Of a stretch of 64,000 bases of DNA, positions 24,132 to 38,262 are shown in pieces. Every line of letters starts with the position of its first letter. Positions within the stretch are counted from its first letter, which is position 1. The translations under genes and the position numbers were made by a program. A model generated the notes under the pieces. That model saw only the letters and a program-made list of their open reading frames with translations. It ran no database searches and was not told where the DNA came from. The DNA is from Paraspadella gotoi (Eukaryota; Animalia; Chaetognatha), in assembly GCA_051294375.1 (NCBI GenBank), contig CM119268.1, positions 13,089,770 through 13,153,769 on the forward strand. Reading direction: 5' to 3'.

Positions 24132-27100
24132 ATGTCGGTGCAACTCTTAAGCGTTGTCGCCTACTACGGAAACGTGATCGGCAATTTCGATCTTTGTTAT
24201 CAATACTTTGTTTCGACCAACGACACCCACGTCTTCACTTGGGTCATCCTCGTCTTTTTCGGTCTCGACAAAATCATCGGCCTCTTCATCTTCATCGTCC
24301 CCTTCTCAAAATACTTTCCCCACTCGCGAAGGTGAGGGGGGGGGGTTGGGGTGAGTTGCGGGGGTGGAGAGTAAGGCAGAGACTGGGGTTCGAGGGCGCG
24401 AGGACGATTCTTGACACGGACACTTGGACAGTCTGTAGGAAAGTAATATAAATACTCGGGAAGTTAGGTCGCATAAAGCTAAAAAGTTTCACTCCGAAAG
24501 CGTTATTTTATTCCTACTTCGTAATTCCACTGCGAAGAGCGGACCGAATGGGAGAAAGTGCCCCATACCCTCTCCGCCCAATACCGGCCTCGTGTCAGGT
24601 GAGAGCGAGTGATCACCGCTCACCCTTCAAGGGGTCATCGACAGAACTCACTTAACGAGTTTGAGGTTAACGGTTTTTCGGAGCATCGACGACCCTCAGC
24701 TCCCAGCCGACGCCATTTTTTAGGATTTAATGACGAAGATTTTTTTAAAATTTATTTATTATTTTTTTTTTGACTTGGGGAAACATTTAAAAAGACAAGA
24801 GAGGCCGAGTAATTCCAAATTAATTATCAACTTTTTTTGGGTTTTTCTTTAAACGCCATCTTTAACCTCACTCGCCAGCAAATTACTGAAGCCAATCTTT
24901 TGGGGTGGTTGTTGCAATGGATTCTTCACTCTCCTCGCTTTTCTCCTCTACATTCATCCCCTTTTACTCGTGGCCACCGAAAGAGGATGGTACGGCGATC
25001 CACCGGAAGAGGTGAGCGGCCAGTCTGGCGGAAATGAGACTTGGGGGGGGGGAAACTTTATTGTTGTTTTCGCTGCTTGAAAAGCGTAACCGAATTTCGT
25101 CTAACAATAAAAAATATAAACAGTTAAGAGAAAAGGAAAGTATGAGTTAACAGTTAAAAGTCAATCGTGAGGCGACTTAACTAAGGCCTTGGATACAATT
25201 AACATTTCCGTAAGATGCCCCGCACCCCTGGCATCATCCTGTATATTGTCATAGCAGCGATAACTATTAGTTTATTGCATTGTGTACACCGTAAAGTTTA
25301 CATTTGTTTAGGCAAAATTTGTGTCAGAGTCTCAGTTCGTTTAAAAAAAAAGAAGATGTATTTCCATATAGTCTCAACTTTGTCATTTCAGAGGGAGCAC
25401 CGAAAAAGGGTAAGGCGTAGTCTCGAATCGGCGGGAAATTCAATATAGAACTGTTTAACTGTTTATGTTTCACATTTTCGCTTACTGTACTTTTCTCCTC
25501 TTATTTTCTGTGGTCACGTGATTGTGCATCGTATTTCCTAAAATCTCGAGTCAAGATGACGGAATTGACTAACGAAATTTTATCGTCCCTCCCCTCTCCG
25601 ACCCTTTTTTGTCCCCCCCCCTGCCCCCTTTTCGCCCCCACCCCACCCAATTATTTTCCCTTCGCCGCTGCAAATGATCCCCCCCAATTCGATCCATGAA
25701 ACGCTCGGCGGGAAAAAAACTTGAAAAGAGTTCAAAGCGAAGACCGAAAACCAGAGCGGATTTGAAGAAAGAGAAGGAAGATATGTTAAAGTGGAAGGAG
25801 GACGTGCAATTGGAATCGATGCAGGGTGAATAAACTGAATATTTGGGGATTTGTCCAGTTGTGAATTCATTAAAATGTGCCAAAAGCTGTAATATGAATA
25901 GTTTTGAATAGTTTTGAATACTGCTCGATACCTAAAGTCTTCGTGATATGGGATTCTTATAGTTATAGTTATAGTTATAGTTATAGTTATACGGGAAAGT
26001 CGAAAAACATTACACGTCGCTTTTTAAACAGGGAACGTTTAACAACGGTCCTTGCTATCTTTTTAAACTATAGGGAATTCAGAGTAAGCCCATTAAGTTA
26101 ATGAACCGCGCATTTCGGTATTTCCACCAATTTTCAACCTTTTTTCCCCTTTTTTCCCCTCAATTTCTCGGTCGAGCGAATTTTCTCTTTTTAGCTGCCT
26201 TTCAGTTTCAAGGGAAAAAAACGAAAAGTCCCGAGACGTTCGGGATTCAAGAACGTTTTAAAGTTTTAACTCGAATTTCCTTTGAAAAGAAAAAGAGAAA
26301 ATATCTGAAGACGGTTTCTTTGTTTTCAATCTTAATAATTGAATTACGTAATAGTAATAATATTGTCTGAGAGCCGGATTGACTCCGGGGCTTCTTGGTC
26401 GAAAAAAGTATTACGAAGTTTGAAAAAATTTCGACGTTCGTGTAACTTTTACCTTTTCCCCCCGGTTACAACTTCCACTTTCAAAATCCTCTCTGCCATT
26501 TTTACAATTCTGCAGTGCTTTCGGCACAGTACGTGACCCACAGTGTGGTGGCCGGCCTTCCGTGCTTTGCCGTCCACCTCTACCTGATGTCCCTCCACGG
26601 AGTCTCCACCTACAAGGAAATCGTCGTCTGCATCTTCGGCGCATTTATCATGATGCTCTCCGCTGTCGGGGCGGGGAGGTTCGTGCTCAATCTCATGACA
26701 GGTTCGAACACTTGAGCGATACGTTTGTGTGTCTTATCGTAACATGTTTAGACTTGAATGAGCGTTTATTTATTTATTTATTGTATTTATGAAAATAATC
26801 ATGTTCAAATTCCGTGTCAGTTTTATGGTAACGTAATTTCAAGATTCAATAAAGTTTATAGCAGAGATACCAGTTTGGTTTGTACTGCTAGATCTAAATT
26901 TCATAAACAATTCAATAAAAATTCAATGAACAAAATATTCAATAAACGTTCCACATTCAAAAACTTTAACATTAAATAAAACATAAAAAACTGTAATGTA
27001 AAGTCGTATTAACTAAAAAGTCCAAGCCTCTGCCATTGCCATACTGTCACTAAGGTATCGCAATCGAACCTGTGGACAAATTAAACCTAAATGTCTTGAC

Positions 27101-27533
27101 GCTTGACAGGTTCGTTCTAAATCTCAGGGCGTTTGATGGTAATGTCTCAAGACTATTTCGTTCCCTTTTTCGCCACGACGCGACGGCCATTTTCAAATCT
27201 CGATCGAGGATTTTTTCTGTCTGTCCATTTTAATTTTTCTCACTTTTTTTCTAATTTCCCCCGTTTCTCTCTTCTCTTCTCTTTCTTCTTATTCTTGTAT
27301 CTTTTGTTTGGTTTGGTTTGGATCTTCACTTTTCATATTATCTTCGTCATAAAATATCTTCTCCTTCTCATCTTTACAAGACGTCTCCTACCCTTACCCT
27401 CCCATACCTTCGTCTCAACTTATTTTCCCGTTGTTCTCTATCCTCTTTTCTCAAATTCTCATCGCCTGTTCCCTTTCTTTCTCTCTTTTTATCTCTCTCT
27501 CTCCACTACTCAAATTCTCATCGCCTGTCACCA

Positions 27534-27565
<32 letters not shown>

Positions 27566-29090
27566 TCCCCCTTCTTAAATTCTCATCGCCTGTCACCACT
27601 CTCTATCACCCCATCACAACCCCTCTCTCCCACTCCTCCGCCACATCAGCCGACGTCTCCGGCCGTGACGTGATGCAATTCGCCAACGTCCGCGACTTGG
27701 CGTCTTCCATGTGGATGGGCATTCCGGTCTTGTTAGTGCTCATCACCCACGTGCTTCCGGTCGGGCTCTTCTCGGCCGTGCACGGGCAAGGAGGTCAGTT
27801 TTTGGGCGGGAGCGATAGAGAGCGATAATAATTGGGTGGCGGCGTTCGTAAGTTGTGTAGAGTGGTCAATCTACGTAAAATAAAATGCGATTTCGTGAAA
27901 TGTTAATACAAATATTCGTTTAATTAAAAAAAAGCATTGATTATTTTATTAAACGCCTTGATACACAAATCTTTTAATTAGGAACGCTTTTTTACCATTT
28001 CTTTTTCCACTTTTCAATTAAACAATAAGGTATATAGTTGGTATCTCTAAACGGCGTCGGCGTCGCCATGACAACTCCATATCGAGAACGTCATGAGCTC
28101 GCGCCTCCCACGCGCGCCCTCTGTCGCTTGTTTAATTCTCCCGACGCCTCCACAACGCGCGCTCCTTTCAGCGTCAAGCCACGTTATTTATTATAACTGT
28201 GATGTTAGGATTAAAACCGCCTCCTTATAGAGTCTCTATTAGAGACGTGCAATCGAGAGCTGCATTTCTTTTTTGTGAATGGGTATCGTTTCTTTGATTG
28301 CTAATATGATTGTGAAGATAATAATCATATTTATAACATGATACTAGGAGTAAGAGAGAGAGAGAGAGAGATGTTATCCAAACCAATTTTTCTTTCCAAA
28401 CCCTTGGTCAACAGGTCTTGTCTTCATATTTCTGGTCTACTCGGAACTGACCATCTTCATCCTTCCCTGGGTCATGACGGAAGGAAAAGAATGCTGCTGC
28501 GGAATAGAAAGGTAAGTCCGCGCCATTTTGTGGGTTCGTTTTTTCTGGTTCGAAAGAAGAGAGAAAGAGAGAGAAAGAGAGAAAGAGACAAAGGACATAG
28601 AGACATAGAACGACAAAGAACGGGCAATAGACAGAAAAGGACATGCTCCTACAGAAAAGAAAATGGCCGGTTATTTCATTCAAAGAGTAAGGACGTCCTT
28701 ACGAAGAGCCAAAAGGGCGAGGGAATTTATTGGGGCTTCACGGAAGAGACATTCACAAAAGAAATTCCCTTGAAAATCGGAATTCCTTTTTTTTTTGAGG
28801 AATTCCTTTGTTGGATTCATTTTTTTGTGGGGGAATCTCTTTGTTGGGATTTTTTTTTCTCAAAATCTTTGTTGGGATCTCCTTTTGAACATTTTTTTTT
28901 TGCAGAACTTAGGGGGAAAACTTAGTGGTGAAATTAAAGAATGCAAATGAAAAAATGCACATATTAGTTTGTATGTTTTTATAAATCTTAAGTTTTTTCC
29001 CATTGTCTTTTGTTCTCATTTTCTGTCATTCTCTCTTTCTCTCTCCCTCTGTTTTTGTCAACTCAAACACAGATCTCTCTCTCTTCTTCT

Positions 29091-29157
<67 letters not shown>

Positions 29158-29792
29158 TCTTATTCTCCAACCCATTTGGCCTCATCCCCTTTAATCTCTT
29201 CTTGGTTCCAAGTCATCGTCCTCCCTTTTGCCAAAAGTCACTGCGCTGGTTGTCTCCTCCATAATCCTCGCTTTTCTCTTTTTCTTTTTTTCTTTTTCTC
29301 TTTTTTTCTTTTTCTCTTTTTTTTCTTTGGGGGGGGAGCTTGTTCTTATGTTGTTTTTAAAGCTTTTTTATTTCACTTTATTTATTTATTATGTAGCGTT
29401 CCAGACGTCGTCCGTTCTCTCGGTCGTCACCCTCCCTTAATAAGTGGCGTAAGCCGTGTGTCATAAGCGTTATGATTGTTCTTGCCTCATGAATATTCTT
29501 GTCGCAAAACTCCTTGGGCAAGTAAATTTTTATGTTTCCCTTTTTTTTTGTCTTTTTCCGCCGAGAGCGACATCTGAGATCGCGGAGAAGCGCGAAATGT
29601 AAATAAACAACCAGAATTAAAAAAAAAAGAACAAAAAATAGGGAAAAAAAAAGGAAATTGTTAGGGAAGAAGAAGGAAAAGGGTCTCATCCATAACCGGA
29701 TTTGGTCGATAAATCGATCTTGTTTCCCTTTTTCCTTTTCTTCTTTTTTTTTAATTTGTAACATTTTTAACAAGAACAAAGGTGGAGAAAAC

Positions 29793-29878
<86 letters not shown>

Positions 29879-30622
29879 CGGACGCGACACGATCGTTAAT
29901 TCCTAAATAGAATTCCCTGTCATGAAAGATGGATTTACGATGGAATGGACATAGATTAAAAAAAGGAAGTAAGCGATGTGTCGTAGAAAATGGGTTTGTG
30001 ATTTTTTTCTCATTTCCATGCATCATAAAAAAATAAAAAAAATAAAAAAGGATGAAGTTGACATCAGTAGAAAGACAAGGATTAACATCCTTCCCTTTCC
30101 GATCTCCATTTTCCCCCCCGAACACTTGACCTTACTTTACGCTTTTCCTTACCTTCCTCGACCTTACCCCAATTTTCCACCACCAGGTGCCGCACCCGAT
30201 TTCTCCTGGTGGCTCAGACCCTCTGCTCCTCCTCTCTGTGGGTCTTGGGTCTAGCCTGGTTCATCCCCGAGATCGGCGGCCATTTTGGCGGAAGGTTTAG
30301 GCGTAAACTTCGACGACTGAGTCGCCGGTGAGCTCCAACGTCACGATGGACCCAACGCCACCGCGTCGCCACGTTCGCCACCACCCTTCCCAATACGCTC
30401 GAACCCACCACCGTCTCGAACGTCTCCACGCCGATCCTGGTTATCACTTGTAGGTTTTTAGGATGGTGGTTGGGTTCCCTGGGTTCATTACCCAAATGGT
30501 GGACAAATAATAGTGGGGTAAGAAAGTCAAAGGAAGAGCGAGTTGCATCGAGAATCGAGAGGGATGCGATATATCGATTTGTTCAACGCAATATTGAGTG
30601 GAGAAATTGGGCCTAATGGCAA

Positions 30623-30665
<43 letters not shown>

Positions 30666-31232
30666 AGAGAGCAGAAGAGAGAGACGAGGAGAGAGAGAGA
30701 GAGAGAAGATATTGATTTGTTAAAGAAAACCTATTGATTTAGAAGACTTTGTTTTTCTACAAGTTTTCAGCTTTTTTCAATTCTCACTTCGAGTTTTTTT
30801 CTTCTATTTCTTGAATTGAACTTATCGTTATTGTAACCTTTTCTTTTTTGTCATCTCTTCTCATTTACTCATTTTCCACTATGAAATTGGTACAACCATC
30901 ATGATATAAAGTAATTCATTAATTTTAAAAAATAAGCCATATTTCCTCTCTCGTACATAAAATAGAACATGACCATATCATTTCCCTTTTTCCTCATTTC
31001 CTCCACCCCTCCCTCCACTACTCATCACTCTGACCACACCCTGACCACACCCTGAAGGAGCGAAGGCGCCCGAGACACGATCTTCTTCGTGATTTGCGCG
31101 TTCGAGGCGGCGACTTGGATTTTCTACATCCAGATCATCATCAAAGCGACGGTTTGGCTGCGGATCTGCAAAGAAGTCGGCAAACGGATCTTCAGACCAA
31201 ACATGGATCACTTGAAACTCGACAAGTTTTGA
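24132..31232 (+). CDS. Divergent XK-related (Xkr-like) multi-pass membrane protein, paralog 1 (spliced)
   Basis: Exons 24132-24331, 24879-25011, about 25674-25825, 26516-26701, 27650-27793, 28415-28511, 30187-30453 (two apparent indels), 31058-31232, with compatible phases. Hydrophobic helices follow XK order: AYYGNVIGNFDLCYQYF...WVILVFF; LAFLLYIHPLL; LSAQYVTHSVVAGLPCFAVHLYLM (cf. LRLFEAFLESAPQLILQLYI); THVLPVGLFSAV (cf. RVLAFALFASV); RTRFLL...LAWF; final TM IFFVICAFEAATWIFY. Confidence 0.7.
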
Positions 31233-34200
31233 ATGACCGCCTTCCCACTCCTTGCCGCTCTCCTTCCATTTTGTTCGCATTTTGTTCCTTTAATTTGTAA
31301 ATGTCTGAAATTAAAAAAAAAAAAATTCCTTTCTCTATTTCTTTATCTGAAATCCAATCTCAATCTAGTTATATATATATATATATATATATATATTTGG
31401 TAGAAACTAAAAAAGAAAAACAAAATAATGAAATTGCTCTGTGTTTCAAGGTCATTTCGTCTCGCTCTCATTGTCTTTCATACTGTAAATATCACCCCTG
31501 TCTTTTCCTGCTCTCCCAGGCTCCGCGGCTCCCCCACTCTCCCACCTCCCCACTCCCCTCCCCATTTCCTTACCCCCCAAAATTCCATCCCCCCCTATTC
31601 TTCCACATCGTTCCTCGCTGCCATCACCCACGTCGTTTCTCCTTTCGACTAAAAAAAAAAAATCACAAAAAAAAAAAAAAAACTTTTCCTTTTTCCTTTT
31701 TTCCCCTTTCGTGACTCTAAACTCATTCGTATTTTCCGTCGGCGCCGGTGAGTCTCACGATTCACCCGAAGACGACGCGATCCCTGTGACGCGAACCGAG
31801 CTTCCCTCACGCCGCCCCTCCACCCCTCACCCTTCCACCCGCGTACCACCTCACCAATTCCCCGCCCCCGTTTACATCTCTCTTCTCTCCGCTTCATCAT
31901 TTCTCGTTGATCCACGTTACGGTGAGTTGGCTACTGCGCCGCTGCTCCGCCGCGTCTAGTCGTCCCGTCGTCTTATCCGTTTCCTCATTCTTTTTTTCCA
32001 ATTTAGTCTGGAGAAACGGAGCTTCTCAGGTTAATGTCGAATTTAATTACTACAATGGTACGTACAATATCAAAAATGCTATACAGTTCTCGTTAATATG
32101 AAAGCTAGAAATTTCCTGCGCAGATTCACGCAGATGTACGAACCCGGGATTCTTCTTTTTATCGCTTATATAGACATCCTTTCCCTTACCTTAATCCCCT
32201 TCCCGCCCTCACCTTGCGCGGCGGCGTCGCTCTCACCCTTTAACTCACCAATCACGGATTTGTCTCATCTGTCACAAGATTTTCCAGCCTAGAGATTTTT
32301 TTCATTTTCGTCGCTACAAAATGTTTTCGTTCCTTTAGAGATGTTCTTTATCGGCGATGCGTCCCCGAGTCGCTTTAAATTCTTCCTTTTAGTCGGTCGT
32401 GTATGAAGCCATCCGTCTAATTGACTGGTTGAGTTAAAATTAAAAACATTCATACCTTCGATGGTAACGTTGGAACTAATAGATAGATCCCCACTCTTCC
32501 TCTACGTTTTCTTCTTCCTTCTCCCTCCCTATTTCAAGACCTCATCTCCATCCAGCTAATCGTATTTATTTTCGTCCGTTTTTCTAAATTCGTTTAGCGC
32601 GGTGCTCGTCGAAGCAAAGACGCCCCGAGTCAAAAAATATTCCCAGATCAAATGGAACAGCTTGTACCTGATGTTAGTTTTTATAGCGATATTCTTGAGA
32701 AATGACGTTTAGTCATAACGGAAAATTTGATTTTTTTATTTTTGGGGCCGCCGTTCTATATACTATATTTTTTTATATAAATATCTTTATCGAAATATTT
32801 TAAGGAGGTGTATTTGTTTATTAATTGATGCATAAAAAACAATACAACCAACTAAACTGATGAGTAATTTAAATACATTTGATCCGAATTGGCGTCATTA
32901 CTTAGCAGTGGAGCAATTAATTAGCAAGCGATATTGCGAACGCAGGTGGTGAACGAGTTATTGCTGGCGACGATTGGCGAGGCAATTGCATTCACTTGTC
33001 GGTTCACGATCGATTGATACGAGTTTAATTTTCGCCATTGCAATAGTTGTGACGACTTACCACTTGGGGTCCCCTCTGTTTTATTTCTTATTAGTGACAA
33101 GGCTTTGAGAAGTTTGTGATATGATCGTTTAATTTTGATTCTTAATGATTTCGTTTTTCTTTTAATGCGGCTTCTAAACTCAACGATTTGTCAGCAGCCG
33201 GGTCGTCACTTGAGCCCAACTCTGTAGGGCTTCACAACTGCTAGGGTTAAGGGCTTCGGACCTTCAGTAGCGCCGCCCGCGGTTATATGTACTAATACCG
33301 ACACGCGTTGCCAACGCAGCTGGAAGTCGTTAGGACAGTGGATAGAACGCAGACTTGGGACGAAGCTATCCCTATTGGGATTAGTAGAATGGAGTAGCTG
33401 ATGAGACTGTGTGAAATGTGAATATACCGCCACAAAAAGGAACTGTAGGGTTTTTAAGGAGAAAATATTTATAGTAGTATGTCTGTATTACTATGATTTT
33501 AATCAATATAATAAATTATAAAACAGTTATATAAAACAATTATAAAACAATTATATTCTACAACCCGGGCCGATAAATAGCGAAGTACGTAGATACCGAT
33601 CCTTTTATATTAGATTTCAGTCGTCAAAATGGATTTTCTCCCGTGCGCCTCGAACTTGCGGGAAATTACGGCAGCGTGATGCAGACGCCGACGACGCCTC
33701 CGTACGCCGTTTAATAAAATCCCAAACCACACCCGACTCACGCAACCACGCCGGTAACGCCGGTAACGTCGACACCGGCGCGTCACGCAATCCCCGTCAC
33801 GGGAGAAAACATCCGGAAATCGACAAATCTCGTCGGCGGACGACAACAATGAGAGTATTTCTAAGAATTGGGTTTTAATCTTTGAAATTTACTAGTATAT
33901 TTCGCAGATTTGATTTCAACTTGCCATCATTATTGAAATTGTATTTAGAGATATTCTGGCGTGAATATCTGGTCGTGAATACAGAAATAAAAATTTTCTC
34001 GTTTCGCTTAATTAATTTAAGGGAATCTCCCAAAGTGAGGTCTATGTATGTTAGCAACAAACTCTCTCTCTCTCTCTCTCTCTCTTCTGCTCTCTACTCT
34101 CCTGCTATCTGTCGCTTTTCGACTGCAATGAATTCCTGAGAGAGTCACTCGTTTCCGTGAAAAATTCGCGCCAAGGTATTTTGCTCACGCGAAATAGTGT

Positions 34201-34809
34201 GGGCGTGGTAAATTTGTGGGCAAGTAAAAGGTGGTGAAGGTGGTTAAGTTAACATTTCTTAAATACTAGAGTATACAGCTTAAAAACTACAATGTTTCAA
34301 AAAATGGTAAGTTGTAATTGGACAATGGATATTGTAAGGCCTGGCTTTTATTTTAGATTTTACTAGTTACTTTCATCGGAGTTAAAATTATTTGAAGTTA
34401 CTAAAATAAGGGACCACCATCTTTAATAAACTATGGCCATTAGCCAAGTGAGCGCAGAGCAAGGAAAAAAAGTTAAGCGGGCCATTACTCTGAATTTATG
34501 GCCATAACGAAAAGCTTCGCCAGTCAGCAATTCGGCAATCAGTTAGCAATCAGTCAGTAGTTGGCGGAGTTGAAATGTTGGAAAAATACAATATAATATA
34601 TATAATATATATGCGTAGAATCGCAAAAATTAAGGATTTACTTCGTGTAAATAAAGATAAAGAAAAGGAAAAAGTGAAAATCGTAGAGAAAATTAGTGAA
34701 CGTTACTAGTTTATTTCGCGTATGGTTTACTAGAAATAAAAGTGATAGGAACAGAGACAGGATTGACGGACGTGAATGAAATTCTCTGGAGAGAGAGATA
34801 AGAATGAAT

Positions 34810-34889
<80 letters not shown>

Positions 34890-37312
34890 TTAAGAGCGAA
34901 CGATCCATGGAGGCAATGGATGCAAGTTATAAAACAGTTAAGACGGTCAACCCTTGGAGCGATGGCAAAAGTTCGTTTCAAGGAGAAATTACCAAATACC
35001 GCAAAAAAAAGGCTATTTTAGGACTATATTTAAAAGAATACTTTCAATTAAGAATTTAGAAATTGTTAAGAGAGAAATTCAAAATTTCCGAGGGAGTCAA
35101 AGAGGATAAACGGTGCACCGGATAAAAATCCATTTTGAAACAAAGCAGAGGGACTTTTCCTTCTTATCATGAATTACAAATCATACCTCGGATCGATTCG
35201 TTTGAGGAAAAAAGATCGGGTGAGACGGAAATAGAAAAATGAGAATGACAAAATGGAAAATAAGCGGGATAAAAAAAAGTTCAGAGAATGAGACGAAAAA
35301 GAAAATTCGAAAAACGGAAATGGGACAAGAAGTCAAGAGGAAAAAAAAAAATGGTTTGAAAAAAGTTTTAATAGAGGGCAGGACGGTCGACGAAGATGAC
35401 GATGACGACGACGAAGACAACATCATTTGTCACCTGCGAATTTCTTTAATTTAAGTCACGAGGGCTCTGAGACTCAGATATCAGGCCTTTTTGGGGTTAA
35501 AGCTAAAAGAATGAGAGAAAGTGAGTCAGAAAGGAGAGAAAGTGAAAGAGAGCGAGAGAGAAATCAAACAAAAATCAAGATGTTCTTCATATATAACTAA
35601 TTTTTAAAGATATCTGCGTTATCAATAGTGACCGGTGGCACGACACTGTCGACACACGAATACGAGATACATCTTGACGTTACGCTGATGAATTGTGATG
35701 AAATGGGTAGACGTGGAGTGGCAGGGAAAGGTAAATGATATCCAACAAAGCTAGCTAGGACGTGAGCGTTCCCTAGAGGGAGAGAGAGATTGAGGCCGGA
35801 TAAGAGAAACCGCGATAGAGAGCGAGTAAGAGATATAAACCAAAATAGAGAGTGAGAGGCCGGAGATAAATCCGTCTGCTTCATACGTTTCCCAGCGGGC
35901 GCGTAGTAGTCGTCGTCGTCGTCGTCCCCGTCATTGATCCAAACGAGACGAACGGGAAAAGATTAAGAGAAAAGAAGAGATTAAAGTAAAAAAAAAAAAA
36001 TTAAATGAAGAAAAGATGACGACGATACTATGATTACATCCACTGCTGAAGAGGAAGGGGAAAATAATCAAAAAGAAAAGGAAGGAAAAAAACTTAAAAG
36101 AGGAGAGAAAAAAGAAAGGGAATTTAAAAAAGGCAAAGGAAAAAATGGCAGGAAAAGAAACAATGCTGGGGAGAAAAAGAGAATAAAATAATTGAGAAAG
36201 AAAAATAATGGAGGGAGGAGAGACAAATTCAGAAGAAACATTAACGAGATGGAAAAGAAAAGAACTTACTCCAACGGCCTCAGGAGGAAAAGAAAAGAAA
36301 AATGATAATAAGAAATAAAATGCGTACAAAAAAGAGAAATACAAAATTGACGGGAGATATAATAATTTAGAAACAAGTAAAAAAGAGAAAAGATCGGAAA
36401 GAAAGGCGGGACAGAATTGAGTTGAACGTCCGAGTTATGAAATATCGCTGACTTGGACATCCAGATCGAAGCGAACGCTCGTCCGCGTTTTGGACGATCA
36501 TCAGAAAGAGATAGTGAGATAGAGAGGGAGTGAGGGATAGAGAATAGAAGGATAGACAGTGAGGGAAAATGGGGGGAGAGAAATGAGGCAGAATAAGAGA
36601 GATCGGCAGATTTCGAGGGGAAAAAAGGGCGGACGACAAGAAATTGAGAGCGAGACACAAAATAAAGTATATAATCAGAGACGAAAAGGAAATATTATAC
36701 GTACTATTCGATGAATAGTATTTATTAAGAATTCCAATGAATTGTATTTTGCATAAGGCGCTAAGTGGGGTGAAAACTATCATACGTATCATCTCTGCAA
36801 ACCCTCGACAACATTGGAACGGGTCCTGGAATACGAATTAGGCTCGAGTGTTTTTCACGCCACCAAACCTGTTTACGACCGTCCTCATGCTGACCCAAGG
36901 GTAGCTATCATTGGTTCCTAATTCTCATTAGCTGATGGGTCTACTCAATGAGCACCAGATCACAAGTAAATAGACACGTTTATTGTTTATAGGCGGGGGC
37001 GAACTTGGCGCAAAGAACTGACTGACAGACGGGAAAAGATTTCCGTTTTGCGGTATTTTCTGAGCTGGGGGAGGGAACAGAACAATAAAACCGGAAAAGC
37101 GTGAAACTAGATTCTGTCAGTTGTGGCTGAATCGACAGTGAGCTCGAGTTGTTTCTTGAGAGACAGAACGAGAAATCGCTGAAGATTTTTTTTTTCTTGG
37201 GACGAAACTCGACTGTTGACGGTGATGCGATTAATTACGACGTCGCGTCTCCGTCATCAGAGCCTTGGGTGTAAACGGTTCCATTAGCCTAATGAAACGG
37301 TAGTGCAGAGAG

Positions 37313-37419
<107 letters not shown>

Positions 37420-37682
37420 CCTTAGTATGATCAGTATTAACATTCGGGTTGGGAAAAAAGGAGGAAGGGCAACAAAGATTCCGCACGAAAAGGTCGGAAG
37501 GGCAAGAGGAACTCGGCACGCTGATTGCCCGAAAGGTCAGTGGGGAATCGGGACACGGAAGGGGAACACGAAGGGGAAAGGGAAAAATTCCTTCAAAATT
37601 CGTCAACAAAAAAAAGTCGCTTTTTTTTCGTAATATTCGCTGCTCCTCTCCGTTGCCGACAGCTGCTTTTTTCCTTCCTATT

Positions 37683-37778
<96 letters not shown>

Positions 37779-38223
37779 TATTTTTTTCTTTCTTTCTTTT
37801 TCCTTTTCTAAGGAAAACAATTCTTAAGATGCTCTTTTTTTGTCGTGCTTCTAGGGAACTCCTGGTGGAGAAATTTCAAACTTTTTCTCGAGTTAATGGC
37901 GGAAATGAAAAGAAAGTAGGTTTACGTTTAGAATTTAATTAAAATGACAAAACAAAACAAAAAAAATTCATCTTTTCGTCTTTTTACGTCAAAGAGAAAA
38001 AAGAGAAAAAAGAGAAAAGAAAGAAAGGAAAAAGGCGAGAGGTCGTTCGCGTCATTTACTCCGACCATTTCTGAGAAAAGAACAAAAAAAATTTAGGACA
38101 GCCCTAACTCATGCATAGAAAGAAAGCAAATGGCCTGTTCTGGGTCCCAGACCTCGTCCGATGATGCTCTCTCTCTCGTGTGATGTCTCAAGAAATTCCG
38201 CGACAAAATCGCTCCTCGCCGTT

Positions 38224-38262
<39 letters not shown>

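Noticed and set aside
29210-29450. Extra exons in XK paralog 1
   Set aside because: No consistent phase; exon 28415-28511 splices in frame directly to 30187, and this matches paralog 2.
33397-33420. CTGATGAGACTGTGTGAAA hammerhead-like core (similar at about 35685)
   Set aside because: Stem II is incomplete and no convincing stems I/III were found.
35620-36505. RPB9/TFIIS-type zinc ribbon (RPKRG...MYLVFVCRQC)
   Set aside because: The first Cys pair is absent and the exon phases do not join.
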